DNA of 64,000 bases from an uncultured Bacilli bacterium (GCA_934167465.1 CAKPKR010000006.1:3299-67298); one strand, 5' to 3'. Counted from the stretch's first letter, positions 8,946-19,020 are shown. Notes: a model not told the origin generated them from the letters alone. Numbers and translations are program-made.

Positions 8946-10130
8946 TTATTTCTTTAATCCTTTTAAACCACCATTATAACCACTTAATATATTAGATTCA
9001 AATGAAGTAGTTTTTTTAGAGTTTTCTTTATATTCTTTAATGGTTAATTTAATAACATCATCTAACAATTTTTTGTATTCTATTCCTTTTGCTTTCCAAA
9101 GATAGAATGCTAAAGAACCTGGAATTGTGTTTGGTTCATTTACATATACTTTTTCATTCTTTTTATCAATTAAAAAGTCAATTCTAGCAATTCCTTTTAA
9201 GTTTAAAGCTCTAAATGTTTCTTTAGAACATTTAATTACTTCTTCTTCTAGTTTTTTATTAATTCTAGCAGGAATTATTCTATCTGTTGCTACCATACCT
9301 TTACTAGAAGTTTTTAATTTTCCTTTTTTACCATTTCCTAGATATTTATCACTAAATGTTAAAAATTCGTTTTTAGTAATAACTTCATCAATAACACTTG
9401 TATCTTGATATTCATTATTACCCATTACACTACAATTAACTTCAATTAAATTTTCGATTATTTTTTCAACTACTATTTTATTATCGTACTTAATTGCTTC
9501 ATCTATAGCTTTCACAACATCTTTTTCAGTTTTGGAAACTGTTATACCAACACTGCTACCTAAATTAGCTGGTTTTACTATTACTGGATAACCAATTTCT
9601 TTAATATTTTTTAGTATTTTTTTAGAATCATCTAAATATTCATTATCATAAAACCAAGTATAAGCTGGTACTGGTATATTATTTGCTTCCATTACTTGTT
9701 TCATTACAACTTTATCTTGTCCTAAACTTGCTCCTAACATAGAAGGACCTACATATGGAATTCCAACTGTTTCTAAGAATCCAGCTAGAGAACCATCTTC
9801 AACTCCTTTTCCGTGGACAATTGGAAATACGATATCTAGTTCATCTACTACTTTATTGAATAATCCATTTGTTTTTAATAAACAAAATCCTCTTTTTGTT
9901 TTGGCTAAAGTAACTTGTTTAGCATATTTTTTTAATTCATTAAAGTCTTTATATACATCTATTTCCATTAACATTTTACCAGTATACCAAATTCTATCTT
10001 TACTAATGTATATTGGCACTATATCATATTTATCTTTATCAATATTTTCCATTGCTTGAATAGCTGTTATAATACTTACTTCGTGTTCTACTGATTCGCC
10101 ACCAAATATTACTCCTAATTTTATTTTCAT
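8946..10130 (-). CDS. ddl: D-alanine--D-alanine ligase
   Basis: MKIKLGVIFGGESVEHEVS... and ATP-grasp motifs. Start placed at internal ATG 10130; the ORF extends to 10157. Confidence 0.9.
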   Translation of the reverse strand: MKIKLGVIFGGESVEHEVSIITAIQAMENIDKDKYDIVPIYISKDRIWYTGKMLMEIDVYKDFNELKKYAKQVTLAKTKRGFCLLKTNGLFNKVVDELDIVFPIVHGKGVEDGSLAGFLETVGIPYVGPSMLGASLGQDKVVMKQVMEANNIPVPAYTWFYDNEYLDDSKKILKNIKEIGYPVIVKPANLGSSVGITVSKTEKDVVKAIDEAIKYDNKIVVEKIIENLIEVNCSVMGNNEYQDTSVIDEVITKNEFLTFSDKYLGNGKKGKLKTSSKGMVATDRIIPARINKKLEEEVIKCSKETFRALNLKGIARIDFLIDKKNEKVYVNEPNTIPGSLAFYLWKAKGIEYKKLLDDVIKLTIKEYKENSKKTTSFESNILSGYNGGLKGLKK

Positions 10131-10143
10131 ACTATCACTCTTT

Positions 10144-11733
10144 CTACTTCTCATCAAATATATCAGGTAAATCGCTTTGAACTAATACATATGTTTCTTT
10201 ATCTACTATTTTATTAACTAATTCAAAGGCTTCATTTATATTGTTTAATACATAAATATTATTTTTTTTGAATTTTTTTTCTATTAATCCTTCATATATT
10301 GGTTTTGTTTGTTCTTTTCCTAGTAGTATAGCTATATCTGTTTTTTTACTCATATAAGTTCCTAATTCTTTATTAAGTTCATATGATTTATTTCCAAGTT
10401 CAATCATTCCTGAAGAGATTACTATTCTTTTACCAGGCATATTTTCTAGTACATCTAAGGCCATTTTTGTTCCATCAGGGTTTGCATTATATGCATCATC
10501 TATTATATTAATTATACCCATTTTTTTTAGTTCTAGTCTATGTTCTACTGGTTTTACTTTTTTTACTCCCATTTGTAGTTGTTTTATAGTTATTCCAAGT
10601 TCTTTTCCTAAAGCAATTCCCGCAAGTATATTATAGATGTTTGCTTTTCCTAATAGTTTTGTTTCAAATTTATATTTCTTTTTATCACCTTTAAATATAC
10701 AATCAAATGTTGTTCCATCACTATTTAATTTTATATTTGTTGCTCTAACATCAACGTTTTCATTTTCAATTCCAATCCAAACAATTTTTACTTTATTTTT
10801 CAATTTATAATTAACTTGTAATTTATCATCACCATTTAATACAGCTATTCCATCATTTGGTAATGATTCAATTAATTCAAATTTTCCTTTTTGAATATTT
10901 TCTTGAGAGCCAAAGCTTTCTAGATGTGCTACCCCAATTTTAGTCAATATCCCATATTTAGGCTTAACTAAATCACATAGTTCTTTTATTTCGCCTCTTT
11001 TAAATGCTCCCATTTCAGCTATAAATATATCATTGAATTTATCCAAATAATTATTTATTGTTATTATTAATCCAACTGGTGTATTAAAGTTTTTTGGAGT
11101 TGGTAATGAATTATATTTAATACTTAATAAGTCATTTAAGATATTTTTACTACTTGTTTTTCCATAAGATCCTGTAATTCCTACAACTTCTAATGAAGGT
11201 AATTCTCTTAATTTTTTTATAGCTTTTTTCTTAAAACGGTTTGCTAAAAACTTCTCAATTGGTTTATTTATTAAATTTGCTAAAAATGTTACATAATAAT
11301 TTAAATAAACCATTAATCCTATCACTAAATAATATATTCCTAAGTTATTTTCTTTAAAAGTTAAAGAAAATACTATGTTTGGTATTAAATATAATATTAA
11401 TTCTGTTACAAATAATCTTTTTACTCTTTTTGTTACTTTTAATTCTAATTTTGATGCAGTTTGATTGTGCAAATTATATAAAGACAAAAATGTATAAAAA
11501 ACTATTACTAATACCATCAATAATATGTCACTTTTAATAAATATAAATGGTATTACAAAAACGAATAGTATATCTAGATTATAAAAAACTTTTTTTAAAT
11601 TCCTATTAATCCATTTTATATATCTTGATCCATCATTATACCAATTTTGTTGTAACATTTGAAATGATTTTCTTGTTTTAATATATGTATATATCAATAT
11701 AGGAAGTAATGTTACTATAAACTTCATTAACAT
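10144..11733 (-). CDS. murF: Mur ligase (MurF-like) with N-terminal multi-pass membrane domain
   Basis: GITGSYGKTSSK P-loop plus Mur ligase central and C-terminal domains. The first roughly 170 aa are 4-5 hydrophobic helices. AAGGAG RBS precedes ATG 11733. Confidence 0.75.
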   Translation of the reverse strand: MLMKFIVTLLPILIYTYIKTRKSFQMLQQNWYNDGSRYIKWINRNLKKVFYNLDILFVFVIPFIFIKSDILLMVLVIVFYTFLSLYNLHNQTASKLELKVTKRVKRLFVTELILYLIPNIVFSLTFKENNLGIYYLVIGLMVYLNYYVTFLANLINKPIEKFLANRFKKKAIKKLRELPSLEVVGITGSYGKTSSKNILNDLLSIKYNSLPTPKNFNTPVGLIITINNYLDKFNDIFIAEMGAFKRGEIKELCDLVKPKYGILTKIGVAHLESFGSQENIQKGKFELIESLPNDGIAVLNGDDKLQVNYKLKNKVKIVWIGIENENVDVRATNIKLNSDGTTFDCIFKGDKKKYKFETKLLGKANIYNILAGIALGKELGITIKQLQMGVKKVKPVEHRLELKKMGIINIIDDAYNANPDGTKMALDVLENMPGKRIVISSGMIELGNKSYELNKELGTYMSKKTDIAILLGKEQTKPIYEGLIEKKFKKNNIYVLNNINEAFELVNKIVDKETYVLVQSDLPDIFDEK

Positions 11734-11738
11734 ATTTT

Positions 11739-12470
11739 TCACTCCTTAATAAAATTATTTATTATATTTATTGTTTGTCCTAATCTTTCTAAGTATGCAT
11801 AGTGTGTACAATTTTCATATTCTATTACAGCTGCATCTTTTATTAAAGTTTCTAATTCGTATGCATCTTCTAAAGGTACTGCTTCATCTAATGTTCCCCA
11901 AATTATAATTGTTGGACATTTTATTTTTTTTACTTCTTCAGTTATGTCTAAATTAACTGTATTTACTAATATTTTTCTCATTATTGGAGAAGCATTTTTA
12001 TAATCTGTTGAACCAATGTGTTTTTTGGCAAATTCTTCAAATTTATTTAAACCTGGAATTTTTTTTAATTTTTTTAATATTTTCGTTTTTGTACTTATTT
12101 TTTTTATTTCTTTTTTAAATGGGCTTCCAAATAAAATAAGTTTTTCAACTTCATACATACTTGCATAAAGTAAACTTATTTTTCCTCCAAATGAATGTCC
12201 AATTAGTATTGGCTTTTCAACTTTTAATTCTTTTAAACATTCTTTTATGCAATTAACAAAATCTATTACTTGCCAATCGAATGGAGGTTCACTACTCCCA
12301 CCGTGCCCTGGTAAATCAAATATTATGATATCGTTTGTTTCACTAAATGCATCACCTATTGGTTTCATCATTTCAATATTTTGACCCCAACCGTGTAGTA
12401 ATACTAAAGTCTTTCCTTTTTTATTTCCATATCTTATATAGTTGATATCTGTGTCTTTTATCTTTTTCAT
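11739..12470 (-). CDS. alpha/beta hydrolase
   Basis: LVLLHGWGQN and nucleophile elbow GHSFGG. Confidence 0.8.
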   Translation of the reverse strand: MKKIKDTDINYIRYGNKKGKTLVLLHGWGQNIEMMKPIGDAFSETNDIIIFDLPGHGGSSEPPFDWQVIDFVNCIKECLKELKVEKPILIGHSFGGKISLLYASMYEVEKLILFGSPFKKEIKKISTKTKILKKLKKIPGLNKFEEFAKKHIGSTDYKNASPIMRKILVNTVNLDITEEVKKIKCPTIIIWGTLDEAVPLEDAYELETLIKDAAVIEYENCTHYAYLERLGQTINIINNFIKE

Positions 12471-12573
12471 AAATTCACCATTATTATTATAACATTATTT
12501 TAATAATTTTTGAATTAAATTAGTTAATTTTACTGATTTTTACAAAATTTAATTCAACAAAAAAATATTGATT

Positions 12574-12816
12574 CTATATAGAATCAATATTAATTTTAAC
12601 TTTTTTTTCACCTTTATTATATGAAGCTGCTTGAACAATAGTTCTGATAGCACTTGCATTCATACCATTTTTTCCAATTAAAGTTCCCATTTCATCACTA
12701 TTTACTAATACTTCAATAGTAATGAAATCATCATCTTCAAATGATTTAACTGTAACTGATTCAGGATCTTTTACAATGTTTTTGACTAGATATTCGGTAA
12801 GTTCAACTAAATTCAT
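12574..12816 (-). CDS. KH-domain RNA-binding protein (YlqC/UPF0109 type)
   Basis: LIGKNGMNASAIRTI GXXG motif. Conserved position downstream of rpsP. Confidence 0.85.
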   Translation of the reverse strand: MNLVELTEYLVKNIVKDPESVTVKSFEDDDFITIEVLVNSDEMGTLIGKNGMNASAIRTIVQAASYNKGEKKVKINIDSI

Positions 12817-12818
12817 AA

Positions 12819-13103
12819 TTATTTACCTTCTTTTTTAGTCATTTTTGATTCATGAAATTTTTTCATAATTCCTTGTTTACTTAATAAATCTCTAACTGTA
12901 TCAGTTGGGATAGCTCCATTATTTAACCATTTAAGTGCGATTTCTTCATTGATTTTTATTTCAGCTGGTTCCATTATTGGATTATAAGTACCTACTAATT
13001 CGATATCTTTTCCATCTCTTTTTACTCTAGAATCAGCTGCTACTATACGATAAAATGGTCTTTTTTTAGCACCCATTCTTTTAAGTCTTAATTTAACTGC
13101 CAT
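12819..13103 (-). CDS. rpsP: 30S ribosomal protein S16
   Basis: [35 protein letters not shown] precedes ATG 13103. Confidence 0.95.
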   Translation of the reverse strand: MAVKLRLKRMGAKKRPFYRIVAADSRVKRDGKDIELVGTYNPIMEPAEIKINEEIALKWLNNGAIPTDTVRDLLSKQGIMKKFHESKMTKKEGK

Positions 13104-13185
13104 AGTTTTCCCTCCATTCACTATATCAATGATATCATAATATTATATTAGTGTCAACCTTTTTTTATTAACACTAAAAAAACAC

Positions 13186-13725
13186 TTACGTGTTTTCTAT
13201 ATAATCTTCTTTAACATTTTCATCTATTTCATTTAATGTTTCTTCTGTTACTTCATCTTCAATATCATCCCATGGTTCTTCATCTTCTTCAATACTTATT
13301 TTTACTTTTGTTTCTCCTATTATTTCTACTCCTAGTTCTTTTTCAATTTCAAAGTTGATATTTCCATTATCTATATCTACTTTAACACAATTAGGTTGTT
13401 TTAATGTTCTAACTATTATATCGGTATCACTTGTCAAATCAGCATTTTCTTTAACTTTTACATTAAATAAATCATTATATGTTACTTTTTTATTTACAAC
13501 CATTGTTTTAGAATCGTTATCATAAGAATACCAAATATTTACATCGTAAGAACCATCAACTCCTATTTTATCACCAGATTTATAACCCTTAAATTTATGA
13601 TTTATTACCCAACATCCTAATACTGTTGTAGGAACATTTTCAGTAGTTATTGAATAACTATTTTTAAAGTGTTTTTTTCCTTTTCCGATAATAGCCTTAG
13701 TTACAATTTCTTTAAATGAAGACAT
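13186..13725 (-). CDS. cotE: outer spore coat morphogenetic protein CotE
   Basis: Collinear with Bacillus CotE as I remember it: FKEIVTKAI..GKGKK, LGCWVINHK, DVNIWYSYDNDSKT, LKQPNCV, VGETKV, acidic tail. Confidence 0.85.
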   Translation of the reverse strand: MSSFKEIVTKAIIGKGKKHFKNSYSITTENVPTTVLGCWVINHKFKGYKSGDKIGVDGSYDVNIWYSYDNDSKTMVVNKKVTYNDLFNVKVKENADLTSDTDIIVRTLKQPNCVKVDIDNGNINFEIEKELGVEIIGETKVKISIEEDEEPWDDIEDEVTEETLNEIDENVKEDYIENT

Positions 13726-13786
13726 ATAATCACCTCTACATTAATTTATGCTTTTATAGGCGAAAAGTGTACAAAAAAATAATATT

Positions 13787-14197
13787 TTAAAATATTATTT
13801 TTTTATCAGTATTTATTATATATTTTGTTAATTCTTCATATCTTGTATCATATGCATATCCTTGTGGTGGTGTAAATTTATATTTTTCTCTTAGTTCTTT
13901 TAAAGCAATAGGTTTTTCTAATTCATAAAAATGTTTTATTTGATAGGCATATTTATATTTTGTTAATTTTTCATTAAATTCTTTATTGCCAATTCCTAAT
14001 TCGTCTATTTTATTTGGAAATTCAATAATTTCTCCAATTTCTATTATATATTTTAATGAGGAAGTTGGAACTGTTTCATAAACATATAGAAAATCTATTT
14101 TTTCTTTAGGATTAAAAGATCTAAACTCATAATTTTTAGTTTTGTTTTCAATTCTTCTTAGATGAATTGGATTTATACTTATATAAATTGCCCTCAT
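13787..14197 (-). CDS. ASCH/PUA-like domain protein (tentative)
   Basis: 136-aa ORF whose N-terminus ISINPIHLRRIENKTKNYEFRS is ASCH-like. 4-nt overlap with the upstream gene. Confidence 0.45.
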   Translation of the reverse strand: MRAIYISINPIHLRRIENKTKNYEFRSFNPKEKIDFLYVYETVPTSSLKYIIEIGEIIEFPNKIDELGIGNKEFNEKLTKYKYAYQIKHFYELEKPIALKELREKYKFTPPQGYAYDTRYEELTKYIINTDKKIIF

Positions 14198-14775
14198 TTT
14201 TTCTTATAAAAATATGATACAAATTTAGAAAATTTATATAAAATTGTATTACTTTTATTTATGGCAAAACTTTTTCCTAAAGCTTTACCTCCAATTGTTA
14301 ATGAAGCTACTAAAGCTGTAACTATTAACATTACATAAAATTTATTAAATTTAAATGCATTAGCAATTGATAAAGCAATTATACTTCCAGCACTACCTGA
14401 TACGATACCACATATATCTCCTACTACATCATTACAAAAACTTGATACTTTATCAGCATTCTTTTTAAATGTTACAGCTATATCTGCTCCTTTAATTTTT
14501 CTAGAATTCATTGAATTAAATGGAACAATATCAGCAGCAGTCACAGAAACTCCTATCATATCAAATATAATTCCTAATAAAATAAAAATTATTAATAATA
14601 ATATTCCAATGACAACATTAACATTTGGAATTACAATTTCAGAAAAAGTTGTAAATAATAATGATATTACAAATGTAAGTAATGTTATTTTGATAATCCA
14701 ATTATAATTAATTAATTCTTTTTTCTTTTTAGATTGTAATTGTTTTTTTAAGCTTTTCTTTTCATCTTTATTCAT
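14194..14775 (-). CDS. small four-helix membrane protein with Lys-rich termini
   Basis: 193 aa with four hydrophobic segments and a conserved-looking NDVVGDICGIVSGSAG. Function unknown. Confidence 0.6.
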   Translation of the reverse strand: MNKDEKKSLKKQLQSKKKKELINYNWIIKITLLTFVISLLFTTFSEIVIPNVNVVIGILLLIIFILLGIIFDMIGVSVTAADIVPFNSMNSRKIKGADIAVTFKKNADKVSSFCNDVVGDICGIVSGSAGSIIALSIANAFKFNKFYVMLIVTALVASLTIGGKALGKSFAINKSNTILYKFSKFVSYFYKKK

Positions 14776-14848
14776 TTATTTCACCTATAATAATTATACC
14801 ATTTTTATTGTGTTTTTTATACTTATTAATCAAAAAAAGATTAGTTAA

Positions 14849-16249
14849 CTAATCTTCTATTGGTTCAGGCTTACCAAATATTTCAGTCATTCTATTTATG
14901 AAATTTACTACTGCCTCATTTTTTCCTATATTTTCATAAATTGAATTCATATCCTTTTCGGTAATATTTTCATAATTAATTCTTTCTTTTGAAAGAATAT
15001 TTGTAAATGGTTCATCAGTTTGTTCAATATTTGTATTGCTATTAATATTAATTGTAGCAATCAATTCATCATTATCCTTAATATTAATATTAAATTTTGA
15101 ATTATTAGTGTTTATACTATCTTTTTTGGTTATTTTATTTGTTAAATTTCCATCAATAGTTATCCCTGAACTAACTACATTATAATCAATATCAATTAGT
15201 TCTTTTGTTATTTTTGAATTAATTGTAATATTCGTTTTTTCTTCATCATTTTGAACATTAATAATTGTTTTATATTCATTTTCTTTTTGTTTTTTAGATG
15301 TTAATTCAGCTACTTTTTTTCCTGTTATATATAAATTTCCATAAATAACATCATTATAATTATAAATATTTAGTTTTCCTAAATTATTAAAATTAATTTC
15401 AAAGCCAATATAATCATTTAATAACCCTTTTGTGTATAAAGAAAGTGATACAAAAGTTTCATTTTCAAATTCAGTTTCTGCTTCTAATTCTTTTATAAGT
15501 TCATTAATACTAGACTCTATTTCTTTTTCATCAACTTCTCCTAGTTCAGAAATATATTTAATAAATTTTTTATCTTTTTCTAAATCTTTCAATGTATTAA
15601 TTAATAATTTAATTGTTTTTTCTTCAGTGAATTCATATTCTATTTTATTTACTTCAATTTTATTTTTTTGAATATTTAATTTTTCTTTTGATTTTTTAAA
15701 ATCTTTTTGATTTAAATTTTTAAACAAATTATCTTTAATAGTTTTTAAAACATATTTAATTTTACTAATTTCCATATTAGAGTTTTCAAATAATGAATCA
15801 TACTCTTCGTATGGAATCTCAATATATTTATCATATAAATTTTTAAGTTCAACATAAAAATTTTTATTTTGTCCATACATTGCAACATCAAATAAATCAT
15901 TTTTATCATATTTAGTGTTTAATTCAAATGAGAATTCTTTACTTTTATAATCTTGAACAGCATTTATAAAAAATTGCAACTTATTAATTTCATCTAAAAT
16001 ATTCTGATCAATTACATCTTTATATTTATCACTAACATTAAAATCAAAAGATAAATCACTATTTAATTTAGTTGTTTTATCATAAGAAACATCTATATTA
16101 TCTAGTGTATCTTCTATATTTTTATATCCTTTATTTAATATTTTAGCAAAAATATTTTTTGAATTATTTAAATATAAATATGTTCCTCCTAGTAAAACAA
16201 TAACAACGACAGGTAAAATTATCCATAATTTATTTATTTTTTTCTTCAT
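14849..16249 (-). CDS. membrane-anchored Asn/Lys-rich protein, unknown function
   Basis: Start set at ATG 16249 (MKKKINKLWIILPVVV, GAGGAG RBS). The longer ORF would run through a terminator and promoter. Confidence 0.6.
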   Translation of the reverse strand: MKKKINKLWIILPVVVIVLLGGTYLYLNNSKNIFAKILNKGYKNIEDTLDNIDVSYDKTTKLNSDLSFDFNVSDKYKDVIDQNILDEINKLQFFINAVQDYKSKEFSFELNTKYDKNDLFDVAMYGQNKNFYVELKNLYDKYIEIPYEEYDSLFENSNMEISKIKYVLKTIKDNLFKNLNQKDFKKSKEKLNIQKNKIEVNKIEYEFTEEKTIKLLINTLKDLEKDKKFIKYISELGEVDEKEIESSINELIKELEAETEFENETFVSLSLYTKGLLNDYIGFEINFNNLGKLNIYNYNDVIYGNLYITGKKVAELTSKKQKENEYKTIINVQNDEEKTNITINSKITKELIDIDYNVVSSGITIDGNLTNKITKKDSINTNNSKFNINIKDNDELIATININSNTNIEQTDEPFTNILSKERINYENITEKDMNSIYENIGKNEAVVNFINRMTEIFGKPEPIED

Positions 16250-16274
16250 ATAACTTACTCCTCTTCTGAGGCTG

Positions 16275-16303
16275 ATTATAACAGAAAAAAAGATATTTTG
16301 CAA
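16275..16303 (-). promoter_or_regulatory. sigmaA-type promoter TTGCAA-17-TATAAT for gene 14849..16249
   Basis: Read on the minus strand. The -35 lies in the loop of the upstream terminator hairpin. Confidence 0.55.
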
Positions 16304-16309
16304 TATCTT
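16284..16309 (-). terminator. intrinsic terminator ending the non-coding unit
   Basis: Minus strand AAGATATT-GCAA-AATATCTT followed by TTTTTCT. Confidence 0.55.
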
Positions 16310-16895
16310 AAAACAATGGCGATTAATATAGTTAACTTTATGTCTTAGGTCAAGTAGAATTTCTCTAGTTTTTACTTATCGTTACCAATAAGCGGTTCCC
16401 CTTTGAAAAAACCAATATACCGTTACCAAATATATGACTTGATTACCACTTAGTACATACTGCAATCCTATATTAGCACTCTAGGAATTTTCTTCAACAA
16501 CAATTTATTATTAATTCTTTTTTGCAAACATAGTTTCATAAAGCAATAATATTATTATATTGGCCAAAACAATAATATCTGTCATTAATCCCCTATATTC
16601 ACTCAAGACAAGCTACGCTACTCGTAAGTGATCCCCACATAGTAGGTTTAATCCTAAATCGTCACAAGTCCATCAACTTTCGTGTATAGGCTTATAACAA
16701 GTTTAGGTCTCCACGAATACTGGGTCGATTGCGTATGCCATTACGGTCGCCCAACATTCTATCTTCCAGCACTCACCCTACACTGGGCGTATAAAGCAAG
16801 CACCACAAGCTTCACAGATGTGCTCTTTAATGGATTTTTAGCCCCATCTTCATAATAAATTTAATTGACTAGAATAATGTGCCATCAATTTATAT
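16284..16895 (-). ncRNA. candidate large structured non-coding RNA (about 610 nt, class unassigned)
   Basis: The unit runs from its own promoter to its own terminator with stops in all six frames. The core 16590-16860 is markedly G+C richer than its surroundings. Several helices have G-U pairs only on the minus-strand transcript. Confidence 0.5.
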
Positions 16896-16900
16896 ACAAA

Positions 16901-16929
16901 ATAATAGCAAATATTAGAATTATTGTCAA
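16901..16929 (-). promoter_or_regulatory. sigmaA-type promoter TTGACA-17-TATTAT driving the non-coding unit
   Basis: Read on the minus strand immediately after the tkt terminator hairpin (16963-16982). Confidence 0.55.
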
Positions 16930-16975
16930 ATTCTAATCTATTATATGTTTAATCAAAGAAAAAGATGAATTATAT

Positions 16976-18976
16976 TCATCTTATTAAATTATATATACCA
17001 TTTTCAATTGTCATATAATCAAATTTCATATATTCTAGTACTTGATCTTTAGGACCACTTATTCCAAAAGTATTAATAGTAAATAAATATGAATCATTAT
17101 AAACATATTTTTCCCAGCCAAATTTTGAACCTGCTTCAATTACTATTTTTTTACAACCTGTTGGTAATATTTGTTCTTTATATTCTTTTGATTGTTTTTC
17201 GAATAATTCCATACAAGGCATACTTACAACTCTTACATTTAAGTCATATTTTCTTTTTAAATTATATGCAACTAAACAAGCAGTAGATACTTCTGTACCA
17301 GTTGATATTATAATTCCATTTAAGTTTCCTTGTTCTCTTTCTAGTATATATGCTCCTTTACTAACATCTGCATTAACAGTATTTTTCATTATTTTTATTT
17401 CTGTTCTTGATAATAATAATGCACTTGGAGTTCCTTTTGATTTTAATATTTCATTCCAACAATAAACTAGTTCATTAGCATCACATGGTCTAAATACATT
17501 TAAATTCGGAGTAGCTCTTAAAGTTGCTAACTGCTCTATTGGTTGATGTGTTGGACCATCTTCACCAACTAATATTGAATCGTGTGAAAAAATATAAGTT
17601 ACTGGTAAATTCATTAAAGCAGACATTCTAATAGCTGGTTTCATATAATCGGAAAAACTTAAAAATGTTGATCCGAATACACGATAATTATATGTTGCAA
17701 TTCCGTTTAAAATAGCTCCCATAGCGTGTTCTCTAACACCAAAATAAATGTTTCTACCCTTAAAATCGTCTGTCTTTAAATAATCGTATTTTTCTAAATA
17801 TACATTAGTAGCGCTTGCGACATCAGCTGAGCCACCTATAAAATTAGGTATTTTTTCAGCTATCTTATTCATTATAGTTTTATTAGTAACTCTCGTTGCC
17901 TCTTTTAAATCTTCATCAAATTTAAAGTCTTCTAAAGATAACAATGGATAATTTACATCTTCAAATAAAAATTTAATTTCTTCATCTTTGACATTCAATA
18001 ATCCACTTTTATACATTTTATAATTATTAGACCATTCCATATATTTATCATTTACTCTAGTTGATATTTGGTTTTGAAAATTCATTTTTGCTTGTTCATT
18101 AACGTAGAATTTTCCTTGTGGTATTCCTAAGTTATTTTTTAATTGTTCAATATCTTCTTTAGATAATGGTTTTCCGTGAACTTTATTAGTTCCTGCTAGA
18201 AATGATCCTTCACCAATAATTGTTTTAAATTCTATTATAATTGGTTTTGATGAGTTTTTAGCCTTTTCTATAGCTTTACTTATTTCTTTTACATCATTTC
18301 CTTTTTTTACTAACAATGTATTCCAACCTAAAGCACTAAATCTACCTAAAACATTTTCTTTAAAGGTTAAATCAGTTGAGCCATCTAAGCTTATATTATT
18401 TGAATCATATAATACAATTAGATTATTCAAATTTAAACTTCCAGCTATACTAGCAGCTTCATTAGTGATTCCTTCCATTAAATCACCATCGCCACATAAT
18501 ACATATATTTTATGATCAATTATAGATTTTTCTTTTTCTAAAATATTTTTTTTAGGGGTTTTTAATTCTTGATATAGTTTTTTACTAGCGATTGCCATTC
18601 CTACAGCTGAAGCAAATCCTTGACCTAATGGTCCCGTAGAAATATCTACTCCCGGTGTTATTCCATATTCTGGATGTCCTGGAGTTTTATACCCTACTTT
18701 TCTAAAGTTTTTAAGGTCATCAATTGATAAGTCGAATCCCGCCATATATAATGTTGCATATAAAAGTGCTGAACCGTGACCTCCTGACATTATAAATCTA
18801 TCACGATTTATCCATTTTGAGTCTTTTATACTTATTTCTAAATGTTTAGCATATAAAGTATATAAAATTGGAGCAGCTCCTAATACGATTCCTGGATGCC
18901 CACTTTTAGCTTCATCAATCATATCAATTGCTAAAGACTTAATATTTGCAATTATTTCATTGTCCATTGTATTCAC
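16976..18976 (-). CDS. tkt: transketolase
   Basis: 666 aa. SGHPG, GDGDLMEG TPP motif and a transketolase C-terminal domain. Confidence 0.95.
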   Translation of the reverse strand: MNTMDNEIIANIKSLAIDMIDEAKSGHPGIVLGAAPILYTLYAKHLEISIKDSKWINRDRFIMSGGHGSALLYATLYMAGFDLSIDDLKNFRKVGYKTPGHPEYGITPGVDISTGPLGQGFASAVGMAIASKKLYQELKTPKKNILEKEKSIIDHKIYVLCGDGDLMEGITNEAASIAGSLNLNNLIVLYDSNNISLDGSTDLTFKENVLGRFSALGWNTLLVKKGNDVKEISKAIEKAKNSSKPIIIEFKTIIGEGSFLAGTNKVHGKPLSKEDIEQLKNNLGIPQGKFYVNEQAKMNFQNQISTRVNDKYMEWSNNYKMYKSGLLNVKDEEIKFLFEDVNYPLLSLEDFKFDEDLKEATRVTNKTIMNKIAEKIPNFIGGSADVASATNVYLEKYDYLKTDDFKGRNIYFGVREHAMGAILNGIATYNYRVFGSTFLSFSDYMKPAIRMSALMNLPVTYIFSHDSILVGEDGPTHQPIEQLATLRATPNLNVFRPCDANELVYCWNEILKSKGTPSALLLSRTEIKIMKNTVNADVSKGAYILEREQGNLNGIIISTGTEVSTACLVAYNLKRKYDLNVRVVSMPCMELFEKQSKEYKEQILPTGCKKIVIEAGSKFGWEKYVYNDSYLFTINTFGISGPKDQVLEYMKFDYMTIENGIYNLIR

Positions 18977-19020
18977 CTACCATATAAATAGTATAGCAAA
19001 TTTTTAAAATAATATAAAGA

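Noticed and set aside
16650-16720. Short matches to RNase P RNA signatures (AAGTCCAT; GGCTTATAACAAGTTTAGGTCTCCAC versus GGCUUACAGAACGUUAGACCAC) on the plus strand
   Set aside because: The two motifs are about 20 nt apart instead of about 300 nt. GAGGAAAGTCC is absent, and promoter and terminator logic points to the other strand. Likewise, no tRNA-like 3' end (tmRNA) and no GGAAGGAAGCAGC (SRP) were found.
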